Notes under the pieces: model-generated
The model's input: the letters and a program-made list of their open reading frames with translations, nothing else
Databases searched by the model: none
Told to the model about the DNA's origin: nothing
In this document: positions 25,660-33,314 of the stretch, one piece after another
Layout of the letters: each line of letters begins with the position of its first letter
Position numbering within the stretch: the first letter of the stretch is position 1
Made by a program: the position numbers and the translations under genes
From: Eubacteriales bacterium
GTDB lineage: Bacteria; Bacillota; Clostridia; Oscillospirales; CAG-272
Reading direction: 5' to 3'
Length of the DNA: 33,314 nucleotides
NCBI GenBank assembly: GCA_045633025.1
Contig: JAZQXS010000349.1
Span: forward strand, 1-33,314

Positions 25660-26409
25660 TTACTTGATCTCGATCTCGATCTTCTTGATGCGCTTCTTCA
25701 TCTTGCGCAGATCCCCCAGCATCTTGAAGGTGTCCTTCACGATGTTGACCTTGGACTCGCGGTGGTTGATGATCTTGACAGGCGTTTCAAGGATCTTCTT
25801 GCCCAGCTTTTTAGCCCAGAGAATGGCCTCAAAGTCGAAGGCAAAGCCGTTGACCTCACAGCGGGGGAAGATCTCCACGACGGTCTGACGGGTGAAGGCC
25901 TTACAGCCGCACTGGGAATCCGAGAGCTTGAAGCCGCCCACGAAGCAGAGGATCTTGATATAAATTTTGGAGGCCAGCTTGCGGATGAAGGTATAACCCT
26001 CATAGCCGTCCTTGTGGAGGTTGCGGGAGCCGATGACCATATCGGCGTCGGGATGGGCGGTGAATTCATCGTACACCTGCTTGATGACGTCGGTGCCGTA
26101 GGCCAGGTCGGCGTCGGTGAACATAACGATGTCTCCCTCGGCGGCCAGGAGCGCGGTGCGGACGGCGCAGCCCTTGCCTTGGTTGTCGGGGTAGCCCACC
26201 ACGCGGACGTTGGGGAGGTTCAGAGCCTCGACCGTTTTATCACAGCCGTCCTTGGAGCCGTCGTTGGAGAAAATGATCTCGTAGTCGGTAAAGGTTTTGG
26301 ACATATACTCGTGCAGGGTCTTGGCGGTGTCAGCGATGATGCTGTTCTCGTTGTACATGGGGATGCACAGGGAGATCTTTTTGTTGAATACGGTTTCGGT
26401 GTTACTCAT
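25660..26409 (-). CDS. GT2 glycosyltransferase (polyprenyl-phosphate glycosyltransferase / DPG-synthase-like)
   Basis: IPMYNE, NDGSKD, NQGKG.AVR, FTDADL, DSQCG.K and FAFDFE motifs. Confidence 0.9.
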   Translation of the reverse strand: MSNTETVFNKKISLCIPMYNENSIIADTAKTLHEYMSKTFTDYEIIFSNDGSKDGCDKTVEALNLPNVRVVGYPDNQGKGCAVRTALLAAEGDIVMFTDADLAYGTDVIKQVYDEFTAHPDADMVIGSRNLHKDGYEGYTFIRKLASKIYIKILCFVGGFKLSDSQCGCKAFTRQTVVEIFPRCEVNGFAFDFEAILWAKKLGKKILETPVKIINHRESKVNIVKDTFKMLGDLRKMKKRIKKIEIEIK

Positions 26410-26427
26410 AACGGTTCCTTTCGGTGG

Positions 26428-27330
26428 TTAGTTTTTTCGGTAGATATGGAGATCGAAGGAGACCTCGGTATCGAGGCGGGTCGCGCTTTGGATACGGTCG
26501 TGACCGTGCTGGCTTGTGCGCCAGTAGTAGGGGGTCATGGAGAACAGCGCCGCGATGTGGGCAGGCCCCTCCACCGTGATGCGGAAGGTGACGTTTCGGG
26601 TATCCACCCGTGTCAGTACGCTTCCCTCCCCGGGCAGATCGCGGCGGGGGTCATTGAGGTACGGATCGTCATAGACCAGCTCCTTGAGCCCGAGCAGGTG
26701 CCGCTCTCCCGCTCCGGCGACGATGAGGTGACCGCCCGTTTTCAGAACGCGGGCGTACTCGTCGGGGGCGCAGGGGGCGAAAATATTGGTCACCGTGTCG
26801 AAGGTCTCATCCTGTACGGGCAACTCGAAAACGCTTCCCACGGCGTATAGCGTGGAGGAGGCTTGTCCGGCAGACAGCCGGTGGGCGCGGGCGGCCTTGG
26901 CGGCGGCATCCACGGCGAATTTGGACAGGTCAATGCCCAAAACGGGATAGCCCGCCTCGGCGATGCGGTTGGAATAGTACCCTTCCCCGCAACCGGCGTC
27001 CAGAACCATGCCGCCGACGGGAGAGCATTCTTGTACCAACGCCGTCAATGCATCGGCGGCGGGGGTGTAGTACCCGCGGTTCAGAAACGAGGAGCGAGCG
27101 CGAACCGCTTCCTTGGAATCTCCGCCTCCGCTGTGCCGAGGGGCGAGGGGGATATAGCCGCCGGCGGCGCCGTCGAACAAATGGGCTTTTCCGTGAGGAT
27201 TGCGGGGACTGACCGCGGCGGAGCAGACCAGGCTTCGGCCGTCCTCGGACACGCCGAGAGCGGCGCCGCAAACGGGGCAGGCCAGCGCCTCAGTCAGGCG
27301 GGGATGAAGTTCAAGGTGGAGATCGGGCAT
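26428..27330 (-). CDS. RlmA-like (23S rRNA m1G745/748) SAM-dependent methyltransferase
   Basis: N-terminal CPVC...C...H zinc knuckle, R..FL..GYY, LDAGCGEGYY and L..MTPYYW motifs. Confidence 0.85.
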   Translation of the reverse strand: MPDLHLELHPRLTEALACPVCGAALGVSEDGRSLVCSAAVSPRNPHGKAHLFDGAAGGYIPLAPRHSGGGDSKEAVRARSSFLNRGYYTPAADALTALVQECSPVGGMVLDAGCGEGYYSNRIAEAGYPVLGIDLSKFAVDAAAKAARAHRLSAGQASSTLYAVGSVFELPVQDETFDTVTNIFAPCAPDEYARVLKTGGHLIVAGAGERHLLGLKELVYDDPYLNDPRRDLPGEGSVLTRVDTRNVTFRITVEGPAHIAALFSMTPYYWRTSQHGHDRIQSATRLDTEVSFDLHIYRKN

Positions 27331-27364
27331 AGCGGACTCTCTTTCTGGATAGTTATGATTCCCT

Positions 27365-27393
27365 ATTATACACCATTTTGTCGAAAAAAGCAA
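27365..27393 (-). promoter_or_regulatory. Sigma-A promoter of the RlmA-like/GT2 unit
   Basis: TTGCTT-17-TATAAT. Confidence 0.6.
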
Positions 27394-27397
27394 TAGG

Positions 27398-28993
27398 TCA
27401 GGAAAGATTTTCGGGATTTGCCTGTTCTGCGGGAAGCTCGAACCAGAATGTGGAGCCGCATCCCAGCTTGCTCTCTACGCCGTAGGTGGTGTGGTGCGCC
27501 TCCAAAACCTGCTTGACGATGGAGAGCCCCAGACCCGTTCCGATCATGGCGCGGCGGTGTACCTTGTCGATCTTGTAGTAACGATCCCAGATCAGGGGGA
27601 TCTGCTCGGGGGGGATACCTGCGCCGCTGTCCGTGACCGATACCCGCACGCGGGAGCCGTCGGCGGATAGGGTCTGGGTCACCCGTACCAGCTTGTCATC
27701 GCCTGTGTAGTTGATGGCGTTGTTGATGAGGTTATAGATGACCTGGAGAAGCATGGTGCGGTCGGCGCGGACGTACACTTCGTCCCCAACCTCATATTCG
27801 ATGCGGTAGCCGTCCTTCTGCGTGAGCTTTTCGTAGCGGAGCATGGTGGATTGAATCAGCGCGGTGAGGTTCATCACCTCCAGGCTCGGGAGTCTGGTGC
27901 CGGCTTGGAGCTTGGAGAGATCCAGCAGATCGTTGACAAGCTGGGAGAGCCGTTCTGTCTCGTCAATGATGACCTGGATGTTTTCCGGGGTGTTTTCACC
28001 GGGCAGATCCCGCATGACCTCGCTGTATCCGACGATCATGGTCAAGGGGGTGCGAAGATCGTGGGAGATGTTGGCGAGGAGCTCCTTTTGAAGCCGATCG
28101 TTTCTGGAGAGCTGCTCCGAGGCGTGGGTCAGGGATTCCGACAGCTCAGCTACCTCCCGATAGCCGCCCGCCTGGAAATCTGCGTCGTAATGCCCCTGCG
28201 CGAGCCGCTTGGCGGCGCGGTTCATTTTCTTGATGGGTTGGGAAATATTACGGGAGATGAGAATCGCCAGGAACAGAGAGCCGCCCAGAAGGATGAAGGC
28301 GATCATCCAAAACTGTGTCTTGAGCGTTGCCACCGTGGCGTTCAACGGCTCCAGCTCGGAGTTGAGCATGAGGATATAGGTATTCCCCGATTCGTCCAGG
28401 ATCACCCGCACGCAGATCATGTTCAGATTCTGCTTCAGGGGGGATTTCCAAATGCGGTCGCGGAAGCTGTCGTCCTTATTCTGGGGATTCTGAATTTGCG
28501 AGGGATCCGCCATAGCTTCGGGATTGGTGACGAACAGGGCGTCGGGAGAGAGGGTCTTGGTGTATACGCCGCCGTTGTTGACCGCTTGGTTGTATAGATA
28601 GGTGAGGTAGTGGCTGGAGATGCGGTGGATCAGACAATCTCCCGACACCTCGGCGCTGACGAGCTGCCGCGCGGTGGTGCCGTCCACCCGAAAGACCCGG
28701 ATGCAGAGAAGGTAGTCGGTGGCGCATTCCTCCACCACCTGATCCAGCCGACCGGGATTGCTTCGGATCGCCTCTGTCACCAATCGGTCGGTCATTTTTA
28801 GTTCGTCGTATTTACTTTGACGATAGAAGTAATTCAGAAGGCCGATCTGCATGACCCAGACCACCAAAAGGATGAACAGGGTAAACAGCGCCAGGTAGGC
28901 CAACAGCTTGCGGGAGATGCTGATACGCCCCCCGACGCCTGCGCGGCGGCGGGGGGAGCGTTTTTCGTTGGGTTGTTCAAGCTCGGGTGTCAT
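27398..28993 (-). CDS. Sensor histidine kinase (2 TM, HAMP, HisKA, HATPase)
   Basis: SHDLRTPLT H-box, NLINNAINY N-box, D.G.GI and GTGLGLSI motifs. Confidence 0.95.
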   Translation of the reverse strand: MTPELEQPNEKRSPRRRAGVGGRISISRKLLAYLALFTLFILLVVWVMQIGLLNYFYRQSKYDELKMTDRLVTEAIRSNPGRLDQVVEECATDYLLCIRVFRVDGTTARQLVSAEVSGDCLIHRISSHYLTYLYNQAVNNGGVYTKTLSPDALFVTNPEAMADPSQIQNPQNKDDSFRDRIWKSPLKQNLNMICVRVILDESGNTYILMLNSELEPLNATVATLKTQFWMIAFILLGGSLFLAILISRNISQPIKKMNRAAKRLAQGHYDADFQAGGYREVAELSESLTHASEQLSRNDRLQKELLANISHDLRTPLTMIVGYSEVMRDLPGENTPENIQVIIDETERLSQLVNDLLDLSKLQAGTRLPSLEVMNLTALIQSTMLRYEKLTQKDGYRIEYEVGDEVYVRADRTMLLQVIYNLINNAINYTGDDKLVRVTQTLSADGSRVRVSVTDSGAGIPPEQIPLIWDRYYKIDKVHRRAMIGTGLGLSIVKQVLEAHHTTYGVESKLGCGSTFWFELPAEQANPENLS

Positions 28994-28998
28994 AGGCG

Positions 28999-29694
28999 TC
29001 AATCCCCTTCAAAGCGATAGCCTACGCCGCGGATGGTGACGATATACTTGGCGTAGGAGCCGAGGCTCTTGCGAAGCAGCTTGATGTGGGTATCCAGCGT
29101 GCGGGCATCTCCGAAGAAATCGTAGCCCCAGACCTCGCTGATCAGCTTCTCTCGGGAGAGGGCGATGTTGCGGTTGGCGAGCATATAGAAGAATAGGTCG
29201 TATTCTTTGGGGGACATATCCACCCGCTCGCCGTCCACGTACACGATGCGGGCGGTCACGTCGGCGCGCAGGCCGCCGTTGTCCAGCTCGATGATGCGGT
29301 TGGGGGTAACGTTTTCGGCGGGAGCGGCGGGGCGGTTGACCCGCTTCATCACGGCGTCCACCCGGAGCATCAGCTCCTTGGGGGAGAAGGGCTTGACCAC
29401 ATAGTCGTCAATACCCAGCTCGAAGCCGTTGATCTTATCATATTCCTCCCCGCGGGCGGAGAGCATGATGATGGGGGTCTGGGTGATCTTGCGGATCTCG
29501 CGGCAGGCCGAGAAGCCGTCCAGCTCGGGCATCATGATATCCATGATGATCAGGTCAAAGCTTTCCTTTCGGCAAAGCACCACCGCTTCCATGCCGTCTC
29601 CCGCTTCGGTGACCGTATGGCCTTCAAATTCAGCGTACTTGCGGATAATGGCGCGGATGCGGCTTTCGTCGTCGACAACAAGGATGTGATACAT
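28999..29694 (-). CDS. OmpR-family response regulator
   Basis: VVDDE, DIMMPELDG, KPFSP and winged-helix RTLDTHIK.LR...TIRGVGY motifs. Confidence 0.96.
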   Translation of the reverse strand: MYHILVVDDESRIRAIIRKYAEFEGHTVTEAGDGMEAVVLCRKESFDLIIMDIMMPELDGFSACREIRKITQTPIIMLSARGEEYDKINGFELGIDDYVVKPFSPKELMLRVDAVMKRVNRPAAPAENVTPNRIIELDNGGLRADVTARIVYVDGERVDMSPKEYDLFFYMLANRNIALSREKLISEVWGYDFFGDARTLDTHIKLLRKSLGSYAKYIVTIRGVGYRFEGD

Positions 29695-29736
29695 GAGTAT
29701 AGGCTGCCTTTCTGTTAGAATGTCAGGGGTCTGCGG

Positions 29737-31287
29737 TTACGCGGCGGGGAGCAGGGCTTCGGGCATATCCTCGATCAGGGTCACAGTTACGGTGATCTGC
29801 TCCCGATTGCGGTAGACCGTCAGCTCCAGAGTGTCGCCTACCTGCTTGCGTTGGATAATACCGGCCAGATCGCTGACGGACAGGATCTCTTCTCCGTCGG
29901 CGGCCAGGATCAGATCGCCGTAGGCCAGGGTGGCGTGGCTGTCATCGTAGACGTACACGCCCAGATTGAAGGAGTCGAAGTAGCGCATGGCGGTCTGGAT
30001 GGAGGTGACGTCCACCACGGTAAAGTCGATCGCGGGGCGGCCGCGGACGTAGCCGTAATGGATGAGCTCCAGAATGACCTCGTAAGCGGTGTCAATGGGG
30101 ATGGCAAAGCCCAAGCCCTCCAGCTCCTCGGAGGACATCTTGGCGTTGACAACGCCGACCAGCTCGCCGGCGAGGTTAAAGAGTCCGCCGCCGGAATTAC
30201 CGGGGTTGATGGGGGCGGAGATCTGGAGCAGGGTCATGTTCATGCTGCTGACGCTGATCTCGCGGGCGGTGGCCGAGATCATACCCTCGGTCACGGTGCC
30301 GCCCAGAGAACCCAGGGGATTGCCGATGGCCAGGATATCCTCTCCCACCACCAGATCATAGCTGGAGCCAAGGGTGGCGACGGTCAAGGGGTAATCGCCC
30401 GCGTCGATCCACAAAACGGCGATGTCGGTCTGCTCGTCCGAGCCGATGAGGGTGGCGGGGAACTCCTTCCCGTCGTTCAGGCGGACGGTGATGGAATTGG
30501 CTCCGTCGATGACGTGGTGATTGGTGACGATGAAGCCCTCCTGTGCGATGATCACGCCGCTTCCCGCTCCGCCGGCGATATACTGGCCGATGAGACCGGA
30601 TTGAACGATGGTCTCGGTGGTGATCTCCACCACCGATGCGGAGACACGGCTGACGACCGTGGCCACCGATACGGCGTCTTTCCCCGCCGAGGTCAGAACC
30701 TCGCCGTTTTCATCGGTTTCAATATCCGCGCGGCCGTCACCGTTGGCGTCCACCCGCTCGGAGGGGAGCTTTTGGATGGAAGCTATGGGCGGGATGGAGA
30801 GATTGCCCATGGAATTGGCGCCGCTTGAGGAGGAGCCCGAATGATTCTCCCCGCTCTGGTTTCCGGGGAGGATCACACGGTCGGTGGAGACCTCGTCGGA
30901 GTCACCGTCGCTGATGATGAGGCCCCCCGAGGTGCCGGCCTCCCGATTGGCGTCGTCGGTTTCCGAGGGCGGCGTATGTGAATCGGAAGGATTCAGAGAG
31001 CGCGCCGCCATATACGCGCCGAAAAAGCAACAGGAGCCGATCACCAGAGTCGCCATGACCGAGGCCAGAGCGATCACGACGCCGCGGTAACTGCGGTTTT
31101 TGTGATGCTGGGCGGCGTTTGAATTATAGATGAAGCCGTGGCTTCCGTCGGGATTGGTGTAGCCTTGGCCGTCGTCGGTTGCGGAGGAACGGTAGGTATA
31201 CCCGTTGTCTGCTGTGCTGTACGTATCGGAGCGATCGGCGCGGCCGTCGTTTGAAGCGTTTCCTTCCATAGGATCATACTGGTTCAT
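29737..31287 (-). CDS. htrA: HtrA/DegP-family serine protease with TM anchor and PDZ domain
   Basis: Catalytic triad motifs TNHHV, DIAV and GNSGG; C-terminal PDZ domain. Confidence 0.92.
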   Translation of the reverse strand: MNQYDPMEGNASNDGRADRSDTYSTADNGYTYRSSATDDGQGYTNPDGSHGFIYNSNAAQHHKNRSYRGVVIALASVMATLVIGSCCFFGAYMAARSLNPSDSHTPPSETDDANREAGTSGGLIISDGDSDEVSTDRVILPGNQSGENHSGSSSSGANSMGNLSIPPIASIQKLPSERVDANGDGRADIETDENGEVLTSAGKDAVSVATVVSRVSASVVEITTETIVQSGLIGQYIAGGAGSGVIIAQEGFIVTNHHVIDGANSITVRLNDGKEFPATLIGSDEQTDIAVLWIDAGDYPLTVATLGSSYDLVVGEDILAIGNPLGSLGGTVTEGMISATAREISVSSMNMTLLQISAPINPGNSGGGLFNLAGELVGVVNAKMSSEELEGLGFAIPIDTAYEVILELIHYGYVRGRPAIDFTVVDVTSIQTAMRYFDSFNLGVYVYDDSHATLAYGDLILAADGEEILSVSDLAGIIQRKQVGDTLELTVYRNREQITVTVTLIEDMPEALLPAA

Positions 31288-31354
31288 GAAAGATAACCCC
31301 CTTCTGTCGGATTGACTCTATCCACGGCGCGATGCGTTTGATGGATATGGTTAT

Positions 31355-31389
31355 ATTATACCCCTCAATTGTGATGATTTCTTGATTTT
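31355..31389 (-). promoter_or_regulatory. htrA promoter: TATAAT with a tandem direct repeat in place of a -35 (candidate response-regulator box)
   Basis: Minus strand ATCAAGAAATC-ATCACAATT (11-bp period) upstream of TATAAT; no consensus -35. Confidence 0.45.
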
Positions 31390-31499
31390 TCAGCAAGGTT
31401 GTTTTGAAAAAACATGAAATTTTCCGAATGCTCCGCGGATATGATGCGGGGAGCGGTCTCCCATGCGGCTCGCATTGGAGTGGCGCTCCCGGGTTCGGT

Positions 31500-32228
31500 T
31501 CAGTTCAGGTATTCCTCCAGTGTGATTCCCTTTTCATGAATGGCGGTGGCGGCCTTTACACCCACGAAGCGGTAGTGCCAGGGCTCGTAGGAGTAGCCCA
31601 TCACGTCGGTCTTATCGGCCGGATAGCGGAGAATAAAGCCGAAGGCGTGGGCGTTGGCGGAGAGCCATTCGTAGGCGGGATTTTGGGCAAAGGTCTCGTC
31701 CAGCTCAATGTGCTTCGTGCTGATGAGATCCATGCATAGCCCCGTCTGGTGCTCGCTCTCGCCGGGACGGGCGGAGTAGGTGAGCACCTGCGCCTCGCAT
31801 TGCGCCTGCGTCCAATCGGGATGGGCATCTATTTCCTGGCCGAGATACGTATTGAACAGGATCTGCTGGTAGCTGTACGACCGATAGCCGCTGGTGATGG
31901 CGATATCCTCGTAGCCGCAGGCGCGGAGCTCCCGCACCATGGCCTCGGCGGCCAGCGCGGCGGTGGCTTCCATTTGAACGTCCTTTCCGTACAGAGTCAG
32001 GTCTGCGGGAATGGCAGAGAGCTCTTCGGGGGCGTAATCCTTTCCAAGGGGCGTCTGTTTATTGGCCAATTTCAAGTAGGCCTTGTCGGTGGATGAAATA
32101 GCGGATTGGTAGTGTTCCATATCAATTTGATAATCGTAGTCGGGCGCCTTCTCACCGCAGGAGGCGAGGAGGGCGGACAGCATAAGAGCGGCGGCGGTGA
32201 GCCGAAGGGCGTTTTTGTATGTGAACAT
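31500..32228 (-). CDS. M15B-family (VanY/LdcB-like) peptidoglycan carboxypeptidase, lipoprotein
   Basis: Lipobox LASC; SGYRS, SEHQTGLCMD and EPWHYRFVG zinc-peptidase motifs. Confidence 0.9.
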   Translation of the reverse strand: MFTYKNALRLTAAALMLSALLASCGEKAPDYDYQIDMEHYQSAISSTDKAYLKLANKQTPLGKDYAPEELSAIPADLTLYGKDVQMEATAALAAEAMVRELRACGYEDIAITSGYRSYSYQQILFNTYLGQEIDAHPDWTQAQCEAQVLTYSARPGESEHQTGLCMDLISTKHIELDETFAQNPAYEWLSANAHAFGFILRYPADKTDVMGYSYEPWHYRFVGVKAATAIHEKGITLEEYLN

Positions 32229-32246
32229 GGCTTGGCTCCTTTGGTA

Positions 32247-32801
32247 TCAGGGCTTGGTCTCCACCACGATGAAGAAGGGGGATGTGGGAGAATTGACGAT
32301 CTTAACAAGGGTTGCGCAGACGCGGTGGCGGCTGATGCTCTTCAGATAATCCAGAATCATCTCGCCCTCGGCATCTCCCTCGGCGTGGCCGGGGTAGACG
32401 GCGATGTTGAGAATGGCGTCCTTATCCATGAGGCTGATGGCATCGCGGATGGCGGGGAGGGTGGTCTCCCGCAGGGTGGTGATGGACTTATCCCCGCCGG
32501 GAAGCCAGCCGAGATTGAACATACCCGCCTTGAAGGGTACGTCCACGTATTTTTTGACGTTGGAATGGGAATCCAGAATCAGCTGGTAGTTGTCGGGACA
32601 GCCCGCCTTGACCAGATTCTCCTGGGTGGAGGCCAGCGCCTGCTCCTGGATGTCGAAGGCGTAGACGAAGCCGTTGGGGCCGACGGTCTTGGACAGAAAC
32701 TCGGTATCGTGGCCGTTGCCCATGGTGAAATCCACCGCCACGTCGCCGGGGCGGAGGTGTTTTAATATGAAGTATTTGTGTAGCTCGAGTAGGTCGATCA
32801 T
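32247..32801 (-). CDS. YtqB/MnmM-like SAM-dependent RNA methyltransferase (PF06962 type)
   Basis: DFTMGNGHDT, FDIQ..A, FNLGWLPGGDK and YPGH motifs. Confidence 0.85.
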   Translation of the reverse strand: MIDLLELHKYFILKHLRPGDVAVDFTMGNGHDTEFLSKTVGPNGFVYAFDIQEQALASTQENLVKAGCPDNYQLILDSHSNVKKYVDVPFKAGMFNLGWLPGGDKSITTLRETTLPAIRDAISLMDKDAILNIAVYPGHAEGDAEGEMILDYLKSISRHRVCATLVKIVNSPTSPFFIVVETKP

Positions 32802-32828
32802 GGGGAAACTCCTTGTGTATTAGAGATT

Positions 32829-33029
32829 TAGTCGATTGTAAAATGATATTTATTAGGGGGCTATGCCCTCCAAGAACCTTTTTGAAAAAAGGTTCTTGAA
32901 ACTCCAAAAATCTTTAAGAAGTATTGATAAATAATGTTTTTTAAGAGTTTTGAGGATTCTCAAGGGACTTTTATAAAAGTCCCTTGAGCGGGGTGCGGGT
33001 GTGGAACCCCTGCGTTTTACAAACGCCTA
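32829..33029. mobile_element. MITE-like element family B, copy 2 (201 bp) with an 11-bp flanking direct repeat
   Basis: TIR TAGTCGATTGTAAAA ... TTTTACAAACGCCTA. TATTAGAGATT flanks both sides (32818-32828 and 33030-33040). Internal perfect 30-bp palindrome at 32959-32988 and hairpin at 32871-32898. Confidence 0.8.
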
Positions 33030-33031
33030 TA

Positions 33032-33314
33032 TTAGAGATTGAGCAGGATCACTGACAGGATACCGACGGCAAAGCCTGCCCATTGTTTCATAGAAAATCT
33101 TTCGCGGCAGAATACCAACGAGTAGATAAAGACCAGAATGATCTGGCTTGCGGACATGACGGGAAACATGACCGAGGCGGGGATGCGCGCGTTCAGGTAG
33201 AGAACCAGGAGATTGACCCCGCCGTTGCACAGGCCGCAGACGAGGGCGAGGGGCGCGCCGCGGCGCAGGGTCTCGGCACGGCCGGTCTCCTTTGCAAGGA
33301 AGGAAGCGGCTACC
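33032..33314 (-). CDS. DMT/EamA-family transporter, C-terminal part (5' end beyond the window)
   Basis: Manual translation ...GLCNGGVNLLVLYLNARIPASVMFPVMSASQIILVFIYSLVFCRERFSMKQWAGFAVGILSVILLNL*. Confidence 0.75.
   Translation of the reverse strand, partial: VAASFLAKETGRAETLRRGAPLALVCGLCNGGVNLLVLYLNARIPASVMFPVMSASQIILVFIYSLVFCRERFSMKQWAGFAVGILSVILLNL

Noticed and set aside
31449-31490. GC-rich hairpin downstream of the M15 peptidase gene
   Set aside because: Imperfect stem without a clear U-tract and no second copy in the window; not enough to call a terminator or repeat.
27398-32228. VanY-like peptidase beside a two-component system, read as a glycopeptide-resistance cluster
   Set aside because: There is no D-Ala-D-Lac/Ser ligase, vanH or vanX, and htrA intervenes. 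It is more simply a housekeeping M15B carboxypeptidase.
65-32765. Many long plus-strand ORFs (e.g. 5322-6977, 10893-12239, 20263-21690, 25537-26850)
   Set aside because: They are antisense shadows of well-supported minus-strand genes, caused by GC-rich codon bias; they have no recognisable motifs.

Overview
A 33.3-kb, high-GC, mostly core-genome segment. Gene content (IspH-S1 fusion, TIGR03960/TIGR03936 pair, RpiR-HI0933-cmk-plsC order) points to a Clostridia-class bacterium, probably Oscillospirales-like; this is an inference. All ~28 credible genes are on the minus strand, and the long plus-strand ORFs are antisense shadows. Genes from left to right: ispH-rpsA fusion (cut by the window edge), plsC, cmk, HI0933 flavoprotein, RpiR regulator, SH3 lipoprotein, ComEC-like MBL hydrolase, DMT transporter, hypothetical, greA, S41 protease (apparently frameshifted from an HMA-like N-terminus), CdaR/PucR regulator, rsmE, THUMP methylase, TIGR03936/TIGR03960 radical SAM pair, a 1001-aa degenerate P-type-ATPase-like membrane protein, rlmB, ECF sigma/anti-sigma, GT2, RlmA-like methylase, HK/RR/HtrA, M15 carboxypeptidase, YtqB-like methylase and a partial DMT transporter. 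I found no CRISPR array, rRNA, tRNA, transposase or phage gene. The most interesting observations are: (1) two families of small palindromic MITE-like elements, one nested in the other, with a visible empty site and target-site duplications; (2) a sigma-A promoter and SD buried inside the ispH-rpsA fusion; (3) a P1B-ATPase-like protein lacking catalytic motifs in an RNA-modification gene run; (4) an S41 protease apparently fused to a Cys-less HMA-like domain; (5) a structured terminator/antiterminator-like leader upstream of rsmE.
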